Assembly: GCA_048938895.1 (NCBI GenBank) | Contig: JBHLLU010000063.1 | Location: 1 to 21,202, forward strand | Direction of reading: 5' to 3' | Origin: Promethearchaeota archaeon | GTDB lineage: Archaea > Asgardarchaeota > Lokiarchaeia > Sigyniarchaeales > SOKP01 | Length of the DNA: 21,202 bases | In this document: positions 1-7,434 of the stretch, one piece after another | Layout of the letters: the number at the start of each line of letters is the position of its first letter | Position numbering within the stretch: the stretch's first letter is position 1 | Position numbers and translations under genes: made by a program | The notes under the pieces: model-generated | What the model was told of the DNA's origin: nothing | Seen by the model: the letters and a program-made list of their open reading frames with translations, nothing else | Databases searched by the model: none

Positions 1-1
1 A

Positions 2-103
2 CCTATTGAACCTGAACAAATTATTCCAAACTTTAGTCCACCACAGTCATTTTGTTATGTTGACGATCTTGAGAATGTTAAAAAAATAACTAACTTTTTA
101 TGA
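2..103 (+). CDS. 3' end of a gene cut by the window edge; probably an ASCH/PUA-like domain protein (COG4933-like)
   Basis: Frame 2 is open from the window start: PIEPEQIIPNFSPPQSFCYVDDLENVKKITNFL*, with TGA at 101-103. PPQSFxY is the typical C-terminal motif of COG4933-type ASCH proteins. Only 33 codons are visible. Confidence 0.5.
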   Translation, partial: PIEPEQIIPNFSPPQSFCYVDDLENVKKITNFL

Positions 104-113
104 TAATAATCTT

Positions 114-154
114 CTTTTCCAAGAGGGGGCACCACGGGGGAGGGAGGTAATAGA
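114..154. repeat. G-rich 41-bp direct repeat, copy 1 (candidate recombination site or element end)
   Basis: cttttccaagagggggcaccacgggggagggaggtaataga matches 7373-7413 at 38/41 without gaps. It is intergenic and GC-rich in an AT-rich background. Confidence 0.92.
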
Positions 155-198
155 TGGAGAAAAATTATAATTACGGATAACTTTTTATTGTTTTTGAT

Positions 199-987
199 TC
201 ATGAACCTTCTTCGGAAAAGGGTTCAGCATGGTAAAAGACAGGGCACTTATGCGGAAATATATTACAATCATATCTATTCATGCTCTTATTTGGCTTGAA
301 CTCGTCTCCCATTGTTCCGTATGGACACCAGAATAAAATATGACATGGTTTTTCAACATCAGTAGCAATAATCTTTTTGTCATTAAAATTGGGCCAGTTT
401 TTTATATTATCTTGTAATTTTTCATTTCTAAAGGAGTAGGTTGAAGATTTTTCATTTATATTTTCAGAAAGATAAAAAGCTGGACAATCATGACCATAAA
501 CTTTACATAAAATAGTTGGACGTTCTCTATGACTATAAAAACACTCAACTAGTGCTCCAAATGGACACCAACCCAAATTATAACATGGTTTTTCAATATT
601 ATCTCTAACAACCACACCCTTATTAAATTTATACTTCGGATCTCTAAAAGAGAGTATTTCTTCATAACAATCTATGCAATACCACCTCTGAGTCTCAGGA
701 TCATAAACCATATCTTTATCATTTGCTCTACAAAATGGATATGCACATTCGCATATAGAGTGAAGATCAGCAAGAGATTGCATTTCTTTCCAATGATCTG
801 AGAGTTCTGGGCTGTGTTTTATTTCCTCATCTATTAATTTAGATAAATATTTAACTCTCTGTCTTGTTGCTTCTAATAATAATTTCCTTAAATTGTTCCT
901 AATATTTCTTAATTGAGGACTCTTAATTTTAATGATTCTTTTTCGTTTCATTTTTGTTATTTTCAAACGTTCTAATATTGTTATCAA
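199..987 (-). CDS. Cys-rich putative Zn-binding protein with a duplicated KPC..WCP[FY]G..C..H.CP.FY domain; candidate immunity/partner of the upstream HNH-like protein (ATG at 951 is a likelier start than TTG 987)
   Basis: 262-aa ORF starting 3 nt after the stop of 991..2337. It has a CECAYPFC...WYCIDC zinc-finger-like motif and two 44-aa repeats with 17/44 identity. The immunity role is inferred from position only. Confidence 0.75.
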   Translation of the reverse strand: MITILERLKITKMKRKRIIKIKSPQLRNIRNNLRKLLLEATRQRVKYLSKLIDEEIKHSPELSDHWKEMQSLADLHSICECAYPFCRANDKDMVYDPETQRWYCIDCYEEILSFRDPKYKFNKGVVVRDNIEKPCYNLGWCPFGALVECFYSHRERPTILCKVYGHDCPAFYLSENINEKSSTYSFRNEKLQDNIKNWPNFNDKKIIATDVEKPCHILFWCPYGTMGDEFKPNKSMNRYDCNIFPHKCPVFYHAEPFSEEGS

Positions 988-990
988 TAT

Positions 991-2337
991 TTAAATAACC
1001 GATGGTGTATAAGAATTATATCTTAAGGGAAAATACTCTTTCATAAGTTGTGGATAGAAATGGTTAAGGAAAGTCCATTTACCATATTTTTTATAATAAT
1101 TTAGTTTATTAATGAATGATTCTTTTTGTTTTTCATTCCAATGTTTTGGCAAGCTATTAGTAGGATCTAAACTTCCATCTACAATTTTCTTTATAATTCT
1201 TTTAGTTTCCCATGTTTTAAAGAAATAATCATGGTGTTTCTTTGTTAATATGGGAATAGTCCCCGGAACTCTTAGATCATGTCCAGGGTTCATAGCCACA
1301 AGATATTTAGTTAGCCATAATTTTCTGAGATAAGGAAGATGATGTAACTCCAGATTACCATCTAGCAAACTTTCACCAGTATCTAATTCTGTTCCCATCT
1401 GTTCAATAAATAATTCTTCAAAATAAATCCTTTTCATACCAACAGATCTATATGCAAGTGTATAGCCTCCCGCCTTATCAGGAGGATCTGCATAATAATA
1501 GTTATCGTATCTCATTAATTCTTCTCTAATATTAGCAAATTCCGCTCCACTTAATACATTTTTGAAAAATCCTAAGTCCTTCTTACTGTAGGGTTCTCCC
1601 CATATGAAATGATTGTATTCATAATTTGGATGTAAATCTTCCAGTTTTGTACTAGCAATTCCATTTTTATCAGCATATGAATGAGCAATATTCCAAAGAA
1701 GAATAAATTCATATACTCCTAATTCAATACTCGCAAATTTTTGTTCAAATATATAGTATCTAATCAGACTTTTAATTTGTTCTTTTAGCTCCACTTCAAA
1801 CTGCCTACTTCTCATTAATTTATATTCAAGTTGAAATAATAATTCTATTTGTGAACTTGGGGATAATACAGACAGAGCGAGTTTTTCTATTGAAGATGTT
1901 AGTGGAGCCTTAAATATTTCGCTTTCAAGAAATTGCCTTATTGTATTATCTATGATAATCTCATTTGGTAAAATATCTTTTATAGTTTCGATTATAAGCT
2001 CAAATGGGCGATTAAATCTATTCTCGATTTCTACTTTTTTATTAAAATAGATACTTAAAGATTTCTCTAATGAAATCATATCAATGTCTAATAATTTCTT
2101 GTATGTATTAAACGTATTGTAGATATTATAATCAATGGCTCCTCCTCTTTGTGTTGATATAACTGTTATCGCACTGAATTTTTGCTGAAATTCTGTTCTA
2201 ATATCCGAAATCATTTGCATAGGATCAAATATAACTGACCCTACTATTTGATCTATAGAAGCTTCCATTTTTTGAGATTTATCTTTTTTCACTAAATTTT
2301 CATCGAAACGAGACATTGAATTGACCTTTCCATTCAA
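991..2337 (-). CDS. Protein with a C-terminal HNH/His-Me-finger-like nuclease motif; possibly an orphan toxin C-terminus (alternative ATG start at 2316)
   Basis: 448-aa ORF. The C-terminal TGESL..LELHH...IPILTKKHH resembles the HH-xn-L-x3-H pattern of HNH nucleases. No signal peptide is visible, and an in-frame stop lies just upstream at 2341-2343. Confidence 0.6.
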   Translation of the reverse strand: MNGKVNSMSRFDENLVKKDKSQKMEASIDQIVGSVIFDPMQMISDIRTEFQQKFSAITVISTQRGGAIDYNIYNTFNTYKKLLDIDMISLEKSLSIYFNKKVEIENRFNRPFELIIETIKDILPNEIIIDNTIRQFLESEIFKAPLTSSIEKLALSVLSPSSQIELLFQLEYKLMRSRQFEVELKEQIKSLIRYYIFEQKFASIELGVYEFILLWNIAHSYADKNGIASTKLEDLHPNYEYNHFIWGEPYSKKDLGFFKNVLSGAEFANIREELMRYDNYYYADPPDKAGGYTLAYRSVGMKRIYFEELFIEQMGTELDTGESLLDGNLELHHLPYLRKLWLTKYLVAMNPGHDLRVPGTIPILTKKHHDYFFKTWETKRIIKKIVDGSLDPTNSLPKHWNEKQKESFINKLNYYKKYGKWTFLNHFYPQLMKEYFPLRYNSYTPSVI

Positions 2338-2409
2338 ATTTCACAGAAAATTGGGACAAAATTTAAAAAGACTCGAACCTTGTGTCTCATAAAACGGAGA
2401 AAAATACAA

Positions 2410-2928
2410 ATGAGCGAAAAATCGAAACCAAACCAAAATAAATATGCCTATAAATATATCCAATTTACAGCCACACCAACCGAAAAAAAGCAAATTAAAC
2501 ATTTTGCCAATAAAGAAAACTTTAAAACTATTTCCGAATTCGTGAGAAGAATTGTATTTGACTATATCAGGAGACAAGACAACCCCGAACTATTCCACTC
2601 CGCTAATACCAATTCTATAAATCCACTTCAAATGGAACGGATAGCCAAAAACATCCGTGAAATTATGAAAAACCAAGAAATCATATTGCAGAGAGAAGAT
2701 ACCTTAGAAGAAATGAAAGAGATGGTTATGAATCTCCATAAACTAGCGGAATCCAATTCATTAGCTAAAGAACGGGAATTAATCATTCAGTTATTTGAAC
2801 ATCATGACTCTTGTTCCCTGCGACAGATTCAAGAAGAGACCAAATTAGCGGAAGATATCATCTTTAAAATCATATCCGACATGAACCTATTCAAAATTAC
2901 AGCTACAGGAAGGTTTGCCTTAAGATGA
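2410..2928 (+). CDS. DNA-binding protein: N-terminal ribbon-helix-helix, central coiled coil, C-terminal winged-helix-like domain
   Basis: YIQFTATPTEKKQIKHFANKENFKTISEFVRRIV fits an RHH (CopG/MobC-like) pattern and SLRQIQEETKLAEDIIFKII..FKITATGRF fits a wHTH. ATG 2410 is preceded by GGAG (2396-2399). The stop overlaps the integrase ATG (ATGA at 2925-2928). Confidence 0.7.
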   Translation: MSEKSKPNQNKYAYKYIQFTATPTEKKQIKHFANKENFKTISEFVRRIVFDYIRRQDNPELFHSANTNSINPLQMERIAKNIREIMKNQEIILQREDTLEEMKEMVMNLHKLAESNSLAKERELIIQLFEHHDSCSLRQIQEETKLAEDIIFKIISDMNLFKITATGRFALR

Positions 2929-3833
2929 CTGAGATAACCAATCAACAAATCATAGATCGCTACTTAAAGCGGTTTTCTCATTCTAAAGCATCTCAATCCA
3001 TGCGGAAGTATTGTATTCAATACTTTTTCGACCCTCAATTTTTTGGTTATAACGGACACATGTTCAACCTCAAAAAAAGGGATGTAATTGACTACTTTGA
3101 CTATTTAAACCACTTAGAAAATATCTCCCTGCAAACCAAAAAAAACAAGTGGAATATATTCCGCTCTTTTCTGCAATTCATCATGGAATATTACGATGAT
3201 CTTGTCATTATCATCCCCCATTATAGCATACAATGGAAACCATTGCATAAGAAACCGGATTCTAATAAAGATGTGGTGATGGAAAAGGAGGAAGTCAAAC
3301 AAATCCTTGATCACATGTATAATCGGAATTATAATTATTACATCCTTTTCAGGTTGCTAGCGGAAACAGGGATGCGAATTGGGGAGCTTATCAGCTTAGA
3401 TTGTGAAAATGTGAATGTGAAGAAACGATATGTTGAAGTGGAAGGAAAAACGGGGAGAAAAGTATATTACTTTTCCGAAGGCTTGGCAATGCATCTAACC
3501 GTATACATGAAAGAACGGATGAATAGAGAAACGGATACTAAAGCATTATTCTTGTCTATTCAAAAGAAACGATATGCACTTAGAACCATCAATCATTATA
3601 CTAGGAGATGTGTTATCCGCTTAAATATTGAAAAGTGGATTTCTTGTCACACTTTTAGGAGAACATTGAATACACTTAGAAAAAAGATGGGATGCCCAAA
3701 AGAAGATCGGAAAATCCTATTATGCCATAAAGTCAGCGATGTGAATTTCAATTGTTATGTGAAGCTCAATTATTACGATTATATTCAATTGTATGATAAG
3801 TGGAATCCGTATAAGAATATATTGGATAATTAA
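2925..3833 (+). CDS. Tyrosine recombinase/integrase (XerC/D-like fold)
   Basis: Full catalytic set: R in ETGMRIGEL, K in VEGKTG, HxxR in CHTFRRT, H in LLCHK, Y in NCYV. The N-terminal ~100 aa are consistent with a helical core-binding domain. Confidence 0.93.
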   Translation: MTEITNQQIIDRYLKRFSHSKASQSMRKYCIQYFFDPQFFGYNGHMFNLKKRDVIDYFDYLNHLENISLQTKKNKWNIFRSFLQFIMEYYDDLVIIIPHYSIQWKPLHKKPDSNKDVVMEKEEVKQILDHMYNRNYNYYILFRLLAETGMRIGELISLDCENVNVKKRYVEVEGKTGRKVYYFSEGLAMHLTVYMKERMNRETDTKALFLSIQKKRYALRTINHYTRRCVIRLNIEKWISCHTFRRTLNTLRKKMGCPKEDRKILLCHKVSDVNFNCYVKLNYYDYIQLYDKWNPYKNILDN

Positions 3834-3839
3834 AATCTA

Positions 3840-3854
3840 ATTTTAGTTTTTTTT
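3840..3854 (+). terminator. Oligo-T tract, probable archaeal terminator of the regulator-integrase operon
   Basis: ttttagtttttttt directly after the integrase stop codon. Confidence 0.45.
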
Positions 3855-3945
3855 AAACTCCTTCTATATTATATCATTTACTCTGAAAAGAATCATATAT
3901 TATTATATCCGTTTATTTTAGGATTCACTAAAGTATGAGAACTGT

Positions 3946-3959
3946 GGTATGATCATACC
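3946..3959. repeat. Perfect 14-bp palindrome GGTATGATCATACC
   Basis: Read directly from the sequence. It is intergenic, about 110 bp downstream of the integrase. Confidence 0.75.
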
Positions 3960-4189
3960 CCCCTTCATTGATTTTCCCCTCAAAAAGCATTCTTTTTTTG
4001 AGAACGGGTAACTAAGGTACTCTGTGAATTATTAGGACTTTTTTAAGAAGTTTATTCTTTAAATCTAGTAATAATGTATTTCTGCTGAGAAATTTTACAA
4101 AAAAAAAGAAAAGTAGGATTAAATGTACTATTTTCCTTCTTCTATATATAAAGAAGAGTAAAAGGAAAATAAGAGAATTTAGAAGTTGA

Positions 4190-5665
4190 TTAATCGATCG
4201 TCCGCAATTTTTTGCCCCTTCCCTTCATACTATTAATCTTACCAACGTTTTCAAGTGTGTCAATTGCTCTAATCTTGTCTTGCATCTTCCCTTTGATTCT
4301 CTCATAGATCTCACTCTTAGTTAAATCTTCAAAATCTCCACCAAGCATTTCTGCTCCCATTTTCAAACTGTTTAAATTAATATAGTCTGTTGGTTCGATG
4401 ACATCCTTGAGCGAGTTCGATAATAGATAGATTTTCTTGCTTTTATCTCTTATAGGACGAATTCGATGCATTGCTTGGAGTTCCTCTGCTTTTTCAAACC
4501 ATTCTACTTCTTCTAAGTTATAACCTCTTAGTGTTAGCAACTGTTGAACTGCTAGCGTTAGTCCATATCTTCCAAAAACAATGATATTTTCGCAATCTTC
4601 ATGCTTATTATAACCCCTGCTGTCTCCATAATGACCAGTTTTCACTTCAGGGAATTTCTCACTGAAATAATCTTCAAATTCTTTCTTCGTATAAATTAGG
4701 GTTTTATTATCCATTGGAATATTCAGAACCCTAAAATAATCTTCTGCATTTTCCAGTTCTTCTTGAGTTTTCGCTTTAGTCATAAGATCTTCTAATAAAA
4801 ATATCCTGTTTTCAAGCTTTTCTCCATCCAATATTACGATCTCAAATTCCCGATTAAAAATTTTCTCTGCAACTGAAATTGTTGTTGTAGCACAGTTAAA
4901 AACAACGGTTTCAACTTGTTGTAGGAAATCTAGAGGAGTATCTCCAATAATAACATGATTTCCGTTGTCATCTTCTACGGCATAAATGTTATCTAATGTG
5001 TCATAATTAAACTTAAAGAAATGTTCTTCTAGAGATTCGGGTTCAAAATCATTCATTTCAAGTGTCTTATAAAGAGTAAAATAACAGCCTCTTTGTCCTC
5101 TGTATTCCTTTCGCCAGTCGGGACACTTACTTCTAAAAATGCAGGTATTACAATTAACTCGATCCAACCTAGCTTGGGGTTGTAATCGTCCAGGTATTTT
5201 TATTCCTTTATGGGCAAGTTTTTCAATGCTTTCGTCAATAATTAATATATCAGGATTAAATTCTTGAACTAAGTACAAATGGTGTGGGACAATAAAAATT
5301 ACTGGTATCTCCTTGGCTATAGCAAATTGTCCGATATATAGGCAACTGGTTTTATATGTACAGTTTGTACAACCGATCAAATAAGCATTTGCTTCATTTC
5401 TTAGCTGACAATAAGCAATTTTACCCCATAATTGAATGGCTTGCTCTCTATGGTCTATCATCCTATTCATGAATTCTTCAATATTGTCATGAGTCGGTAA
5501 ACAAACCATCATGTTCATATCATGTGTTATGCCGTATTCTATGATCTCATAGATCTTTCGGCTTTTCCCTGTTCCACATGTTTTATTATTGAAAGTCCAC
5601 TTCCCGATAAAATGTTCCACGGGATATTCAGCCAATTCTTCTGATGTTAAATAGATTTCATCCAT
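4190..5665 (-). CDS. Superfamily 2 helicase-like protein with Cys clusters (XPD/DinG-like Fe-S position), mobile-element type
   Basis: Motif I CGTGKS, Ia LPTHDNIEE, Cys cluster GKIAYC..GCTNCTYKTSCLY, II LIIDES, III NCATT, V SRGYN, VI QAMHRIR. A second Cys cluster is CNTC..KC..GC. Confidence 0.8.
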   Translation of the reverse strand: MDEIYLTSEELAEYPVEHFIGKWTFNNKTCGTGKSRKIYEIIEYGITHDMNMMVCLPTHDNIEEFMNRMIDHREQAIQLWGKIAYCQLRNEANAYLIGCTNCTYKTSCLYIGQFAIAKEIPVIFIVPHHLYLVQEFNPDILIIDESIEKLAHKGIKIPGRLQPQARLDRVNCNTCIFRSKCPDWRKEYRGQRGCYFTLYKTLEMNDFEPESLEEHFFKFNYDTLDNIYAVEDDNGNHVIIGDTPLDFLQQVETVVFNCATTTISVAEKIFNREFEIVILDGEKLENRIFLLEDLMTKAKTQEELENAEDYFRVLNIPMDNKTLIYTKKEFEDYFSEKFPEVKTGHYGDSRGYNKHEDCENIIVFGRYGLTLAVQQLLTLRGYNLEEVEWFEKAEELQAMHRIRPIRDKSKKIYLLSNSLKDVIEPTDYINLNSLKMGAEMLGGDFEDLTKSEIYERIKGKMQDKIRAIDTLENVGKINSMKGRGKKLRTID

Positions 5666-5920
5666 TTACATCAACTCCCAAATATATTTAATTGTATGCT
5701 TTAGCTTTCCTTCAATTGAGGTTCCCTTAGTTCTTGCTTCAATTTTAATAGCTTCATTTAGAGCATTATCTAGTTCTTCTTTTCTTTCTAAAGCATAAAT
5801 TAGGAGATTTTCTTTTACATCTAATAAAACTATCATTTTTGATTGAAGAGATCCTTCAAAAGTAGTATTATTTTTACTCTCTTCAACAAGATTCCAATGC
5901 TTAATATTCTTATAAATCAT
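5666..5920 (-). CDS. Small hypothetical protein, adjacent to and probably co-transcribed with the helicase
   Basis: 84-aa ORF whose stop abuts the helicase ATG with no gap. An AT-rich promoter-like region lies upstream. Confidence 0.65.
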   Translation of the reverse strand: MIYKNIKHWNLVEESKNNTTFEGSLQSKMIVLLDVKENLLIYALERKEELDNALNEAIKIEARTKGTSIEGKLKHTIKYIWELM

Positions 5921-6035
5921 TTTTGAAGAGATATAATAAATTATATCTCCTTACTATATAATATAAAATAGAGTATTTAAATGTTTCGATTGGAAAGAAA
6001 ATTTAGGATATTTTCTATATTCTGGTGGAAGAAAA

Positions 6036-6056
6036 TTGCACACATAATGTGTGCAA
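6036..6056. repeat. Perfect 10-bp inverted repeat with a 1-nt spacer (TTGCACACAT-A-ATGTGTGCAA); operator- or origin-like
   Basis: Read directly from the sequence, in the divergent intergenic region 5921-6363. Confidence 0.85.
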
Positions 6057-6363
6057 CAATTTCCTCACGAATAGATAGTTTTCAACCCACATTTAGTGTG
6101 ATCAGATCGAGGAGAAAGTTACTTTTTCATTAGATAATGTATTCAAAATGATGATTATTTCGTATTTTTTCTTCTGTTGATGTGAAGACAACTATTCGTC
6201 CCCATATAAAAACAATAATTTGATATTATTTCTACATAATTCTTGCATTAATTATTAATCCTTAAATCTCTCCTATTTATATAACTAAATTGTGTTATAA
6301 ATCATAGAATTATAGATTTTAAGATAAGAAAATAATTATTTCAAATCATATCTAAAAAATACC

Positions 6364-7362
6364 ATGAATTCTCGCAGAAAGTTGGATAGAAGTACTTCAG
6401 GTTATAATAAATCATTTCATAGCCCACAATATGAGAGATTTGATAACCTTGACTATGATATTTACTTCCAACCTCTTAATATTAAAAAATATCTCAAAAA
6501 ACTTATTAGAATTCAAAATCTAGAGAATGAAAATTTTTTCCCTAATGAAGAAGAATATATTCAAATCTACTTTGATAAAAATTTCCAGAATTTTAATCAT
6601 AATAAAATAAAGTACACAAATAAAACTGATTTAGATTTAATTAGTATTATTTTGACGAATATAGGAAAGTCTGGGTATGAGTTCATCAAAAGCACATTAC
6701 AATTAGGGTATATCAATAAACCTGTATTACTTTTTTATGGTATTGAACATTTATCAGCCTTTTTTCTTAATTTACATTATAATTTTACTCAAGAAAATTC
6801 TAGTTTATCTTCAATAATGACAAATCAATATTATTCACATGGAATTGATTCCAATCAGTTTAATAGAATTAATATCAGTGATAATCTGTCTAATCTCCTG
6901 AACTACAAAATAAAATTGACTAAACAAGGATTTGCATCAAGATTTTTCTTATCTTTAGGTTTTCCTATAAAAGAATTTTTTATCCTACAAAAAGAGATAT
7001 CACTTATAGAATTAATTCAAACGTTCTTTCTTACAACAAGAATAGGTATTTCACCTAAAATGAAATCTTTAATGATGGAGGATCTATCTCCTTATTTGAA
7101 AAAAGAAAATGAATTAGACTATGATGAAGATATTGATCTATTTGTTTTCTACATGTTAAGTTTTATTTTCAGCCACTTAAGTAGATATAAAATGTACACA
7201 TGGCAACAATTAATCACATCAGATGATTACAATATCAGTTTTTACTTGAAATTCATCATTAATACTATTAATGAATTATATATAAGGAAAATTTTCTCAA
7301 TAATTGAATATCATAATGAACGGATGACAACACATCTGAGAAAATTAGAAAAGAATCTCTAA
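6364..7362 (+). CDS. YaaC-like protein
   Basis: 332 aa with the motifs KPVLLFYG, HGI and FYMLSFIFSHLSRY..W, which match my recollection of the YaaC family pattern. Confidence 0.65.
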   Translation: MNSRRKLDRSTSGYNKSFHSPQYERFDNLDYDIYFQPLNIKKYLKKLIRIQNLENENFFPNEEEYIQIYFDKNFQNFNHNKIKYTNKTDLDLISIILTNIGKSGYEFIKSTLQLGYINKPVLLFYGIEHLSAFFLNLHYNFTQENSSLSSIMTNQYYSHGIDSNQFNRINISDNLSNLLNYKIKLTKQGFASRFFLSLGFPIKEFFILQKEISLIELIQTFFLTTRIGISPKMKSLMMEDLSPYLKKENELDYDEDIDLFVFYMLSFIFSHLSRYKMYTWQQLITSDDYNISFYLKFIINTINELYIRKIFSIIEYHNERMTTHLRKLEKNL

Positions 7363-7372
7363 GTTAAGAAAA

Positions 7373-7413
7373 CTTTTTCAAGAGGGAGCACCACGGGGGA
7401 GGGAGGTAAAAGA
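7373..7413. repeat. G-rich 41-bp direct repeat, copy 2
   Basis: ctttttcaagagggagcaccacgggggagggaggtaaaaga, 38/41 identical to 114-154 (offset 7259 bp). Confidence 0.92.
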
Positions 7414-7434
7414 AAAAAAAGTTGAATAATGTTT

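Noticed and set aside
2367-2381. Minus-strand AAGG-TTCGAGT-CTTT resembling a tRNA T-arm near the integrase operon
   Set aside because: There is no acceptor stem, anticodon arm or CCA around it and no second copy in the window, so it cannot be called a tRNA or att site.
2341-2577. 78-aa minus-strand ORF, and likewise the short ORFs at 3114, 7666, 7861, 9361, 10578, 10905, 13270, 16339, 18648 and 20994
   Set aside because: These are antisense shadows of longer, well-supported genes and show no recognisable motifs.
4131-4169. Imperfect hairpin ttttccttcttct-atatataa-agaagagtaaaaggaaaa downstream of the helicase
   Set aside because: Low-complexity purine/pyrimidine tracts. It may be a terminator, but it is not distinguishable from chance.
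3858-5965. Similar ctcctt(a)ctatat(t/a)atat strings at ~3858 and ~5947 flanking the helicase operon
   Set aside because: Short, AT-rich and gapped, so too weak to call a target duplication or att pair.
6060-6260. Short minus-strand reading frames that might be a pseudogene remnant
   Set aside because: The fragments are under 35 codons and resemble no family I recognise.
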